43,741 nt of DNA from Limnohabitans sp. (GCA_051006815.1 JBPCSU010000170.1:1-43741); one strand, 5' to 3'. Counted from the stretch's first letter, positions 1 to 8,837 are shown. Translations and numbers: made by a program. Notes: generated from the sequence alone by a model not told the origin.

Positions 1-458
1 GCGAAGCCGTTTTGGCGCCACGCCTCATAGGTGATAACGGCCACAGAGTTGGACAAGTTCAAGCTGCGTTGGTCATCCCGCATGGGCAAACGCAAGCGCT
101 GTTCGAAGGGGAAGCTCTCGCGAATGTCTGCAGGTAAGCCACTGGTTTCAGAGCCAAACACAAACCAATCGCCGGGCTGAAATGTCAACTCATGGGCTGT
201 ACGGGCGCCTTTGGTGGTCATCGCAAAGAGCCGAGCAGGATTGGGTTGGGCTATTTCCAAGAATGCGGACCAGCTTGCGTGGCGCAAGACAGGCGCGTAT
301 TCGTGGTAGTCCAAACCGGCGCGGCGCATGTGCTTGTCTTCCATTGAAAAGCCCAAAGGTTCGATCAAATGCAAACTGCATCCGGTGTTGGCGGCTAGGC
401 GGATGATGTTGCCCGTGTTGGGTGGAATTTCAGGGTGGACGAGAACGATATGAAACAT
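1..458 (-). CDS. trmL: tRNA (cytidine/uridine(34)-2'-O)-methyltransferase TrmL (3' end runs off the window)
   Basis: Manual translation from ATG at 458: [26 protein letters not shown]...RRAGLDYHE...[11 protein letters not shown]...[11 protein letters not shown]...YEAWRQNGF (SPOUT motifs). Not in the ORF track because it is open at the edge. Confidence 0.95.
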   Translation of the reverse strand, partial: MFHIVLVHPEIPPNTGNIIRLAANTGCSLHLIEPLGFSMEDKHMRRAGLDYHEYAPVLRHASWSAFLEIAQPNPARLFAMTTKGARTAHELTFQPGDWFVFGSETSGLPADIRESFPFEQRLRLPMRDDQRSLNLSNSVAVITYEAWRQNGF

Positions 459-483
459 GGCCACATTGTCCCGCATGCGGCAG

Positions 484-1173
484 TCAATGAGGGGCTTCGT
501 GCGCTTCTGTCCGAGCCAGCACCATCCCAGTGATGTGCGCCGCACCGGCGGCGCGCAGTGCCCGTGCGGCTTCGTAGAGGGATGCCCCTGTGGTCATCAC
601 ATCATCTAGCAGCACCACGTGTTGGCCACGCACATCGTGGAGGTGTTCAGGCGCTACCCAAAATGCGTCACGTACGTGGTTGAGCCGTTCCTCTCGCGAA
701 GCACCCACTTGGTGAGCGCTGTCACCGCTGCGCAGCAGCACATGCGCGTGTGTTTTGTGTGGAGCCAGGTGGCGAGCCAATTCCAAAGCTTGGTTGAATC
801 CACGCTCTCGCAAGCGCAGGAGCGACAGTGGCATGGGCACCACCAGGTTGGCAGCATCCAGCGCTGGCTCGACCCACGGGGCGTGACGCATCAGATCGGC
901 CAAGGCACGGGCCAAACCAGGGTCTGTTTGAAACTTGAAGCGAGCAATGCAGCTTGACCACGGAAAGGCATAGCTCACAGCGGCGACGCAGGCATCCAGA
1001 GGGCTGGGACTTGTCGCGCAGAGGTGGTCAACGTTGGGGGCGAGTGTCAGGGCACAGGTGGGGCAGCGCTGCGTGGGTTGGGCAAAGCGTTCAATGCAGG
1101 GCGTGCACAAAGGTTGGCTGGGCCACCGATGGCAGATCTGACAAAGACTGGGCAAATGGCGCATGCCTTGCAT
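484..1173 (-). CDS. comF: ComF family protein (Cys-rich N-terminus plus phosphoribosyltransferase domain)
   Basis: CxxC motifs, [12 protein letters not shown]-binding [14 protein letters not shown]. Likely start ATG 1173 or 1164 rather than 1404. Confidence 0.88.
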   Translation of the reverse strand: MQGMRHLPSLCQICHRWPSQPLCTPCIERFAQPTQRCPTCALTLAPNVDHLCATSPSPLDACVAAVSYAFPWSSCIARFKFQTDPGLARALADLMRHAPWVEPALDAANLVVPMPLSLLRLRERGFNQALELARHLAPHKTHAHVLLRSGDSAHQVGASREERLNHVRDAFWVAPEHLHDVRGQHVVLLDDVMTTGASLYEAARALRAAGAAHITGMVLARTEAHEAPH

Positions 1174-1240
1174 TGGAAAGACACTTCGTTGTCTTGGGTT
1201 GATGTGCTGCGCAATGTTTACGAAGGACGTGGTGTCGATA

Positions 1241-2164
1241 ATGGCGACCATGACTGACTTGTCTCGTGCTGAGCGCCCACCCACCTTAGATCCCGTTGCC
1301 AGTGCCCGTTGGGCAGCTTGGCCGCATGTGCAATCGCCTTGGTTGAATGAGGAGATTGGGCGGCGCATGGAAGACCGGTTGCAGTGGATCCGTTTACACC
1401 CCACATCTTGGATCGACTGGGCGCCTGTGAGTGGGGGACTGCAAACCCACCGGCAATTGCGTGCGCGTTATCCACAAGCGCAGTGCCATGTGGTGGAGTC
1501 CAGTGCCGCACGTGAACGGCTGGCGCGCCAAACCTTGCAAGCCCCGCGGTGGAAGCGTTGGCTGCAAAGTCGTGCAGTGACATTTGGGGCCTCCGTTGAC
1601 GCTGGCGCTGACATGTTGTGGGCCAACATGGCGCTGCACAACAGCGACAACCCGCAAGCTTTGTTGCAGCAATGGCATCAGCTGTTGGCTGTTGATGGGT
1701 TTTTGATGTTTTCTTGTTTGGGACCAGACACTTTGCGTGAGTTGGCGGAGGTGTACCAAGCCCATGGTTGGCCCGCCCCTAGCCATGCATTCACCGACAT
1801 GCACGACTGGGGAGATATGTTGGTGCAAGCGGGGTTTGCCGAACCGGTGATGGACATGGAGCGCATCACTTTGACCTATGCCGATGCGGACAGCTTGTTG
1901 GCTGAGTGCCGTTTATTGGGCCGTAATTTGCATCGCGAACGCTTTGCGCATTTGCGCGGAAAGCGTTGGCTGGCACAACTCAAAGACGCCTTGCTGTCAT
2001 TGGCCAAACCCGAGCAAGACGGCCGTTTGTCACTGACGGTGGAAGTGATTTACGGCCATGCATTACGTCCTTTGCCCCGGCCGAAAGTGCAGGCGCAAAG
2101 CGCGGTCTCGTTGCAAGACATGCGCAGCATGCTCAGCCAATCCGCGGGGCGCACGCCTCAATAA
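1241..2164 (+). CDS. BioC-like SAM-dependent methyltransferase-fold protein
   Basis: LWANMALH, GFLMFSCLGPDTL.EL, DMHDWGDMLV.AGFAEPVMDME, EVIYGHA; usual divergent partner of comF. Start 1241 or 1250. Confidence 0.8.
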   Translation: MATMTDLSRAERPPTLDPVASARWAAWPHVQSPWLNEEIGRRMEDRLQWIRLHPTSWIDWAPVSGGLQTHRQLRARYPQAQCHVVESSAARERLARQTLQAPRWKRWLQSRAVTFGASVDAGADMLWANMALHNSDNPQALLQQWHQLLAVDGFLMFSCLGPDTLRELAEVYQAHGWPAPSHAFTDMHDWGDMLVQAGFAEPVMDMERITLTYADADSLLAECRLLGRNLHRERFAHLRGKRWLAQLKDALLSLAKPEQDGRLSLTVEVIYGHALRPLPRPKVQAQSAVSLQDMRSMLSQSAGRTPQ

Positions 2165-3453
2165 GTGGCGGCGCGCACGCTGTCGACTTGCATGGGGCTC
2201 ACAGGCGTGGCTTGATTGCCCCATTGGCTACGAATGTGGTTCAACACATCGGCAATTTGTTGGTTGTTCAGTGTGAACAAATAAGGCGGCATACCGTAAG
2301 GCCTTGGGTGAGCGGGCGTGCTCGCACCATACCCGCCGTACAACACCATTTGGATCAGGTTTTCAGGACGATCTGCCACGATGGCCGGGTTACCCGCGAG
2401 TGCCGGATATTGATGCGCTTTGCCTTGGCCTTGATGGCCATGGCACGTGGCGCAATGTTTGTCATACAACGCGGGTGCATTGGGGGCTGATACAGCATGT
2501 GCAATGGTTGGTGTGCGGGTGTTTGGCGCACTGAGCGCGACGCGTGATTTCAAATAAACCGCAATCGCTTGTGCATCTTTGGCGGATAGGTACTGCCCCG
2601 TTTGTTGTACAAACTCAGCCATGGGCCCCGTTGCAATGCTTGCATGGCCCTGGCCGGTACGCAGCAGTGTGGCGATGTCGTCAGGGCTGTTTTGCGCCAG
2701 GCTGGTTTGAGTGCCATCCAACAAACTGGGGGCGAACCAAAGTTGAGGGCGCAACATGCCGCCCGACAAATCGTCTACGGCAGGAAAGCTTCCCAAGGCG
2801 TTGCGTTGGCCATGGCAGGCGGCACAGTGACCTGCACTTTGTACCAAGTAAGCGCCTCGGTTCCAAAGCGCGGACTCGGTGTCGTTGACTTTGAACGACG
2901 TGGGGGTGAAGAACAGGGAGCGCCACACCGCAATGACCGGTTGCGTGCCGAGAGGCCATGTCAAACGATGCTCGGGTTGTGCCTGTTCGATGGGTTTGAC
3001 TGTTTGGAGCCAAGCAAACATGGCGTGTACATCGTCATCGGTGAATACGCTGGTGTGGTTGTAGGGGAAGACAGGCAGCAGCAAGCGGCCATCACGCGAA
3101 CGACCCCAGCGCAACGCATTTTGAAAATCAGCCTCTGTCCATTGACCCAATCCGAAGGCGTTGGACGACGTCAAGTTGCTACTGAACACCACGCCAAATG
3201 GGGTGTCAATGCGCCGTCCCCCAGCCATCGGGTCGCCTCCCTTGGCTGTGTGGCAAGCGACGCAGCCACCGATGCGACTGAGGTATTCCCCATGTGCGAT
3301 GGTTTCAGCGTTCGGTTGGACGGCTGGCGCAACGGGACGAGGTGTGCGAACGAATCGCCCCCAGTTATCCCACGCGACCCAAGTGCCTGCGATCAGCAGT
3401 GAGACGAGGGCCAATTTGGCGAGCAGCTGGAGAGGTGATGTGGCCCACTTCAT
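2158..3453 (-). CDS. Membrane-anchored triheme cytochrome c (gluconate/alcohol dehydrogenase cytochrome c subunit-like)
   Basis: Three CxxCH motifs (CVACH, CAACH, CATCH); GGR.I.TPFG...SNLT; RGAYLV; N-terminal TM helix. Confidence 0.88.
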   Translation of the reverse strand: MKWATSPLQLLAKLALVSLLIAGTWVAWDNWGRFVRTPRPVAPAVQPNAETIAHGEYLSRIGGCVACHTAKGGDPMAGGRRIDTPFGVVFSSNLTSSNAFGLGQWTEADFQNALRWGRSRDGRLLLPVFPYNHTSVFTDDDVHAMFAWLQTVKPIEQAQPEHRLTWPLGTQPVIAVWRSLFFTPTSFKVNDTESALWNRGAYLVQSAGHCAACHGQRNALGSFPAVDDLSGGMLRPQLWFAPSLLDGTQTSLAQNSPDDIATLLRTGQGHASIATGPMAEFVQQTGQYLSAKDAQAIAVYLKSRVALSAPNTRTPTIAHAVSAPNAPALYDKHCATCHGHQGQGKAHQYPALAGNPAIVADRPENLIQMVLYGGYGASTPAHPRPYGMPPYLFTLNNQQIADVLNHIRSQWGNQATPVSPMQVDSVRAATY

Positions 3454-4157
3454 TTCACAGCTCCATGCAGTTCAGGGGCGCTGCCGCAACGCAAGTCCTC
3501 GGGAAGACGGACAGGTTTGTGGTTGATGCCGGTGTGTGGCACTTCTTGCGTCGCCAGCCAGCCTGTGACAGCGGCGGCATCGGTCGGTGACAAACGTTTG
3601 GCGATTTCGCCCATGCAATCAGGTGCCACTGTGCTGCGCTCCCCCAAGGTCCATGCAGACAGTTGTGCGCCAAGGTAAGCAGAAGGGAGGCCTAACAAAC
3701 TGGGCACATGGGGTTGGCGCCCCATGAGGTTGTCGCCATGACAACTGTTGCATGCTGGGAGTTTTTGTGCAGGGTCGCCGACCAGTGCCAGTTGTTTTCC
3801 CCTTGCCATCTGGGCGGGTGACGCAGGGGCGTTGGGTGCAATCGGAGGCAAGTAGGGCACTTGCAGACTGGCGAAGTAATCGGCCATCTCGCGTTGGTAT
3901 TGCGGTGTGAGCGGTTCCATCATGCGACGCATCATGGGGTAGCGACGCCGTGCATGCGAGAAGTTTTGCATTTGGTTGTAAAGGTATCCGGCTGGTTTTC
4001 CTGCCAGACGCGGGTAGTAGCCATCGGGCCCCGCGCGTCCCTGATTGCCATGACACGCCTCGCAGGGCTTGATGCGTTCGGCCATGTCGGTGGCGTGTGT
4101 GATGAGAGGGGCGAGGCAGAGTAAGCCAGCCAGCCCGATACCCAATGCGTGCTTCAT
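3450..4157 (-). CDS. Periplasmic diheme cytochrome c4/c553 family protein
   Basis: Signal peptide, CEACH and CNSCH, YPRLAGK..GYL..Q; 4-bp overlap with the triheme gene. Confidence 0.88.
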   Translation of the reverse strand: MKHALGIGLAGLLCLAPLITHATDMAERIKPCEACHGNQGRAGPDGYYPRLAGKPAGYLYNQMQNFSHARRRYPMMRRMMEPLTPQYQREMADYFASLQVPYLPPIAPNAPASPAQMARGKQLALVGDPAQKLPACNSCHGDNLMGRQPHVPSLLGLPSAYLGAQLSAWTLGERSTVAPDCMGEIAKRLSPTDAAAVTGWLATQEVPHTGINHKPVRLPEDLRCGSAPELHGAVK

Positions 4158-4174
4158 TCGGATGTCCTAGCGTC

Positions 4175-5158
4175 CTAGTTGGGGGCGCGTTGCAGTTGTA
4201 CTGCGGTGTACACGGCCACGGCCAATAAAACGGCCGCCCCCGTGTTGTGCAGCACAGCCAAACCCAAAGGCCATTGCAACCATACATTGCTGATGCCCAA
4301 CATGAGTTGGGTCACCACGGCGATCAAGAGCAAGTGGCCCAAGGTGCGCGTGGCGTCTTGCTGTCTGAGTCGCAGGCCAAACGCGATGCAAGCGGCCAAC
4401 ACCACCAAGGCAAAGCTGCGGTGTGTCCAGTGAATCGCCGTCAAGGTTTGCAGGCTCAGCATTTGGCCATCGCTGGTTTGTCCCAGTTCACGGTTGAAGA
4501 CAAAGGCGTGCGACCAGTCCAAATCCGCAGGCATCAGCTGGCCTTGGCAAAGAGGGTAGTCGGTACATGCCATGGCGGCGTAGTTGGCGCTGGTCCAACC
4601 TCCGAGGGCGATTTGTCCCAAGACCAGCGCGGTGACGACCCATGCTGCTTTTTTCAGTGCGGCACTGGTGGTGCTTGCCACTGCAGGTGTTGTGCCAGCA
4701 TGAATGCCGACGAGTGTGGCGAGGATCAGCATGCCGCCTAACAAGTGCAATGTCACGATCACGGGTTTGAGCAGCCAAGTCACAGTGAGCATGCCCAAGG
4801 CGGCTTGTACCAGCACCAATCCGACGAGGAAAATTTGTGGGGCCACCACAGGTTGGCGACGGGGCCAAAGGGCCATTGCTGCCAGCGCCGCAATGACCAA
4901 CCCCAAGATGCCAGCGAGGTAGCGGTGGATCATTTCTTTCCAAGCTTTGGCTGCTTCCACCGGGGCATGGGGAAAAGCGGCCTGCGCTTCGTTCACCTCG
5001 GCATGGTTATCTGGGACACCTAGCAATTTCCCGTAGCACCCGGGCCAATCTGGGCAGCCCAAGCCTGCATCTGAGAGTCGAACATACGCGCCAAGGCTGA
5101 TCACGCAAAATGCCAACGTGATAGCGAATATTAGTATATTTTTTCTATTAATTAACAA
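4175..5158 (-). CDS. ctaA: Heme A synthase (COX15/CtaA)
   Basis: GAYVRLSDAGLGCPDWPGCYG, EMIHR, HLLGG, HWTHR, LHN motifs; TTG start. Confidence 0.93.
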   Translation of the reverse strand: MLINRKNILIFAITLAFCVISLGAYVRLSDAGLGCPDWPGCYGKLLGVPDNHAEVNEAQAAFPHAPVEAAKAWKEMIHRYLAGILGLVIAALAAMALWPRRQPVVAPQIFLVGLVLVQAALGMLTVTWLLKPVIVTLHLLGGMLILATLVGIHAGTTPAVASTTSAALKKAAWVVTALVLGQIALGGWTSANYAAMACTDYPLCQGQLMPADLDWSHAFVFNRELGQTSDGQMLSLQTLTAIHWTHRSFALVVLAACIAFGLRLRQQDATRTLGHLLLIAVVTQLMLGISNVWLQWPLGLAVLHNTGAAVLLAVAVYTAVQLQRAPN

Positions 5159-5234
5159 TTTTTAATTCTCCAAATTTCCCATCTAGTGGTAAACACCACC
5201 CCGAGTGTGCATCCTAATTGCTCAATAATCTATA

Positions 5235-5248
5235 TTGATTTAGATCAA
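5235..5248. promoter_or_regulatory. FNR/ANR-family binding site
   Basis: TTGAT-TTAG-ATCAA is an exact TTGAT-N4-ATCAA consensus, in the AT-rich divergent intergenic region. Confidence 0.8.
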
Positions 5249-5266
5249 ACCCTAAAGGCAATATAG

Positions 5267-5914
5267 ATGAAGAAGTTGATGGCTGGTCTCCTTGCAGCAG
5301 TTTGCTTAAGTCCAATTTACTCTGCACATGCCCAGCAAGGCGATGCGCAAGCCGGTAGCCAAAAAAATGCATTGTGCGTCGGATGTCACGGTATTAAGGG
5401 TTATCACACTGGTTTTCCTGAGGTTTATCGTGTGCCTATGCTCTCTGGCCAGAGTGCCGGTTACATCGTTTCTGCGTTGAATGATTACAAATCGGGTGCC
5501 CGCAAGCATCCATCCATGGGAACAACCGCGCTGTCACTCAGCGCTCAAGACATGGCAGATTTGGGTGCTTATTACGAGTCCACAGGCCTGGCTGCGGAGA
5601 CGCCTGCAAAACCGATCGATGCCAGCCTAGGTGCCAGCCTGGTCGAAAAAGGTGGTTGTATTGCCTGCCATGGTCCAGGTTTGAGCAAGCCCATTGCACC
5701 CACGTATCCCAAGGTGGCAGGTCAGCATGCTGACTATGTGTACGCTGCCTTGCGTGCCTACAAAACAGAGAACAAACCACAAATTGGCCGTGCCAATCCC
5801 ATCATGGGCGGCGTGGTGAAGCAGTTCTCCGACAAAGAACTCAAAGAAATCGCGCGTTACGTGGAAAGCTTGCCGACCACGATGCAAACCATTCAGCCCA
5901 ATCGTTTTCGTTGA
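5267..5914 (+). CDS. Periplasmic diheme cytochrome c4/c553 family protein
   Basis: Signal peptide, CVGCH and CIACH, P.L.GQ...Y motifs, candidate Met ligands (HPSM, NPIM). Confidence 0.9.
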   Translation: MKKLMAGLLAAVCLSPIYSAHAQQGDAQAGSQKNALCVGCHGIKGYHTGFPEVYRVPMLSGQSAGYIVSALNDYKSGARKHPSMGTTALSLSAQDMADLGAYYESTGLAAETPAKPIDASLGASLVEKGGCIACHGPGLSKPIAPTYPKVAGQHADYVYAALRAYKTENKPQIGRANPIMGGVVKQFSDKELKEIARYVESLPTTMQTIQPNRFR

Positions 5915-5925
5915 TAGGGCGCGTG

Positions 5926-6156
5926 ATGGTTGATTTGCAATTTACGTTGGCCGCCCGCGAGTGGTTGCTAAATGCTTCGGTGGTTTTGTTTGTGGTTGTT
6001 TTTGCGGCCATCTTGGCATCGCATTGGCATCACCACAAACACGCGGATGAGCGCTTTCACACATCTACGTTGACCGAGATGGCTTGGTCTGTGGCGCCGA
6101 TGGTGATGGTATTTGTCACAGGGCTAGCAGGTATTTCCTCTGTGACTCGCTTTTGA
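5926..6156 (+). CDS. Small two-TM protein resembling the COX subunit II transmembrane domain
   Basis: 76 aa with two hydrophobic helices. FHTSTLTEMAWSVAP resembles canonical CoxB FHESTTVEIAWTIVP. Packed tightly between the cytochrome c gene and coxB. Confidence 0.7.
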   Translation: MVDLQFTLAAREWLLNASVVLFVVVFAAILASHWHHHKHADERFHTSTLTEMAWSVAPMVMVFVTGLAGISSVTRF

Positions 6157-6204
6157 GTCATTGGCCAAATGAGCATTCAAAGAATTGATAAAAGGACAAA
6201 AGAT

Positions 6205-7005
6205 ATGCGGGGCTTGAAAAAATGGATGACGGGTGCGTTTGCAGCAGTCATGGCACAAAGCGTTTTGGCCGGTTACACATGGAATTTTCCAGAGCCAGTG
6301 ACCCCCATCGCACGTGAAACACTGCATGTGCACAACCTCTTCATGATCATTATCTTGATCATCTTTTTCGGCGTGCTGGCGCTGATGCTTTATTCCTTCT
6401 GGGCGCATCGCAAATCAAACGGCCACAAGGCCGCTACGTTCACCGCCCCACGTTCCACCAAGCAATGGTTGTTCGTGTTGGCACCCTTTGCGGTGTTGTT
6501 GGTGATTGACTATGGTGTGTTTGGCATCCCCGCGTACCACGCGGTCAAGATGTACGAAGACTCCAAGAGCGATGCTGAGCTGGTCGTCAAAGTCACGGGC
6601 AGCCAATGGATGTGGCAGTACGAATTCCCAGCCGAAGGTGTGAAGTACACCAGCCGCTTGACCACGCCGCGCGAACAAATCGACAACAAAGAAGCCAAGG
6701 GCGAACACTATTTGCTCGAAGTGGACAACCCCTTGGTGTTGCCTGTGGGCAAAAAAGTGCGCTTCATCACCACGTCCAATGACGTGATCCACAGCTGGTG
6801 GGTGCCTGCATTTGGTGTGAAACGCGATGCGGTTCCTGGTTTCTTGCGCGAGTTTTGGGCCACCGTTGAAAAGACGGGTACCTACCGCGGTCAGTGTTCA
6901 GAGTTGTGCGGCAAGGAACATGCATACATGCCCGTGGTGGTGAATGTGGTTCCTGAGGAAGAGTTCAAGGCTTGGATTGCAAGCCGCAAAAAAGAAGGCT
7001 CTTAA
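6205..7005 (+). CDS. coxB: Cytochrome c oxidase subunit II (CuA; no C-terminal heme c domain)
   Basis: VTGSQWMWQYE, DVIHSWWVP, CSELCGKEHAYM CuA motif; ATG 6205 with AAGGA upstream. Confidence 0.95.
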   Translation: MRGLKKWMTGAFAAVMAQSVLAGYTWNFPEPVTPIARETLHVHNLFMIIILIIFFGVLALMLYSFWAHRKSNGHKAATFTAPRSTKQWLFVLAPFAVLLVIDYGVFGIPAYHAVKMYEDSKSDAELVVKVTGSQWMWQYEFPAEGVKYTSRLTTPREQIDNKEAKGEHYLLEVDNPLVLPVGKKVRFITTSNDVIHSWWVPAFGVKRDAVPGFLREFWATVEKTGTYRGQCSELCGKEHAYMPVVVNVVPEEEFKAWIASRKKEGS

Positions 7006-7067
7006 GCTCTTTTTTGAAAATCTTTCGACACACGCTCAGACAATAAAACAGTATCAAAGGAAAGTTC

Positions 7068-8681
7068 ATGGCACACGATATGACGCACGATTTGGCTCAT
7101 GCAGGACATGATGCGCATCATCATGATCATCATCACGGTGGCATTCGTCATTGGTTGCAAACCACCAACCACAAAGACATTGGCATCATGTACCTGATTT
7201 TTGGTATCACGATGTTGCTGATGGGCGGCGCCATGATTCTGGGCGTTCGCGCTGAATTGTTTGTGCCAGGCTTGCAGTTGATGCAACCTGAGTTTTTTAA
7301 CCAGCTCATCACGCTTCACGGCCTGATCATGGTGTTCGGTTTTGCCATGCCCGTGGCCACCGGTTTGGCCAACTACATGTTGCCCATGGTGATTGGTGCA
7401 CCTGACATGGCCTTGCCTCGTTTGAATAACTGGGGCTTTTGGATTTTGCCTCCCGCTGCGATCATGCTGACTTTGCCCTTCTTTTTGGGTCTGGCCAACA
7501 TTGGCCCTGGCGCAGTGGATACCGGCTGGACCATGTATGCACCTTTGTCGCTGCAAAGCGGTTGGGGCATGGACTTCGCCATTTTCGCGATTCACATGCT
7601 GGGTGTGTCATCGATCTTGGGTTCAATCAACGTGATCGTGACCATCGTCAACATGCGTGCGCCTGGCATGACTTTCATGAAGATGCCTTTGTTCGCCCAC
7701 GGCTTTTTGGTGACGGCCATCTTGTTGATTTCCATCATGCCTGTGTTTGCTGGTGGCGTGACGATGGTGTTGATGGACCGTCATTTCGGTACCCATTTCT
7801 TTAACGCAGCCGGTGGCGGTGACCCCGTGTTGTGGCAACACATTTTCTGGTTCATGGGCCACCCTGAGGTGTATGTGTTGCTCTTGCCCATTACTGGTGC
7901 TATTCCGCACGTGTTGAGCGCGTTCACACGCAAAGAAACCTATGGTTACAAAGCCCAGGTGTACAGAATGTGGACGATTGGTGCCTTGGCCTTTGTTGTG
8001 TGGGCGCACCACATGTTCACCAGCGGTATGTCGGTCAATGCGCAGATGTACTTCATGTACAGCACGATGCTGATTTCATTGCCCTTGGCCGTGCTGTTCT
8101 TCTGCTGGATCGCCACCGTATGGCGTGGTTCACTGACGTTTGAGACTCCCATGCTGTTTGCCTTGGGCTTCATCATCCTGTTTGGCTGGGGTGGTTTGAC
8201 GGGCTTGGTGTTGGCAGATGCTGCTGCCGATCCGCAGTACCACAACGCGTATTTCATGGTGGCGCATTTCCACTATGCGCTGTATCCCACCACGGTGATG
8301 GGTTCCATGGCTGCGATCTATTACTGGTTGCCCAAGTGGACAGGCCACATGTTGGATGAAAAATTGGGCCGCTTGCATTTCTGGATCGTCATGCTCGGCG
8401 TGAACCTCACCTTCATTCCTCAGTTCTTGGTGGGTTTGTCAGGCATGCCCCGTCGCATTCCAGACTATCCATTGATGTTCGCTGAGTGGAACAAGCTGTC
8501 TACGATTGGTGCCTTCATTTTGGGCCTGTCTCACTTGCTCTTCATCTACATCGTGCTCAAGTGCATTCGTGAAGGCAAAAAGTCGGGAGACCGCAGCTGG
8601 GAAGGCGCGACAGGTTTGGAATGGACCGTGCCATCGCCCGCGCCGTACCACACCTTTGAAGTGCAGCCCAAAATTGATTGA
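7068..8681 (+). CDS. coxA: Cytochrome c oxidase subunit I, A1-type (GHPEVY), with altered K-channel
   Basis: TTNHKDIG, TLHG, PDMALPRLNN, GWTMY, WFMGHPEVY, WAHHMF, AHFHY, GMPRR. Confidence 0.97.
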   Translation: MAHDMTHDLAHAGHDAHHHDHHHGGIRHWLQTTNHKDIGIMYLIFGITMLLMGGAMILGVRAELFVPGLQLMQPEFFNQLITLHGLIMVFGFAMPVATGLANYMLPMVIGAPDMALPRLNNWGFWILPPAAIMLTLPFFLGLANIGPGAVDTGWTMYAPLSLQSGWGMDFAIFAIHMLGVSSILGSINVIVTIVNMRAPGMTFMKMPLFAHGFLVTAILLISIMPVFAGGVTMVLMDRHFGTHFFNAAGGGDPVLWQHIFWFMGHPEVYVLLLPITGAIPHVLSAFTRKETYGYKAQVYRMWTIGALAFVVWAHHMFTSGMSVNAQMYFMYSTMLISLPLAVLFFCWIATVWRGSLTFETPMLFALGFIILFGWGGLTGLVLADAAADPQYHNAYFMVAHFHYALYPTTVMGSMAAIYYWLPKWTGHMLDEKLGRLHFWIVMLGVNLTFIPQFLVGLSGMPRRIPDYPLMFAEWNKLSTIGAFILGLSHLLFIYIVLKCIREGKKSGDRSWEGATGLEWTVPSPAPYHTFEVQPKID

Positions 8682-8694
8682 GGCAGCTTGAGCG

Positions 8695-8835
8695 ATGCCT
8701 ACTGAATCTACAAACACGCAGAGTGCATCACCCTCGACAGAGGGTGATCACCAGAATGCACGCTTGGCGTTCAAACTGGTCGCGCTGGTGGTGTGTATTT
8801 TCTTGATCACGCTCTGGAAATTTCGTCCCGTTTAA
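8695..8835 (+). CDS. Small single-TM cytochrome oxidase-associated protein (46 aa)
   Basis: Manual translation MPTESTNTQSASPSTEGDHQNARLAFKLVALVVCIFLITLWKFRPV; fills the coxA-ctaG gap where betaproteobacteria usually carry a small membrane protein. Below the ORF-track size cutoff. Confidence 0.65.
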   Translation: MPTESTNTQSASPSTEGDHQNARLAFKLVALVVCIFLITLWKFRPV

Positions 8836-8837
8836 AG

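Noticed and set aside
7068-7140. His-rich N-terminus of CoxA
   Set aside because: Common in betaproteobacterial subunit I; not unusual.
7068-8681. Reading CoxA as a nitric oxide reductase or a B/C-family oxidase
   Set aside because: It retains the cross-linking Tyr (HPEVY), the D-channel, subunit III and CtaG, all A-family O2 reductase features.
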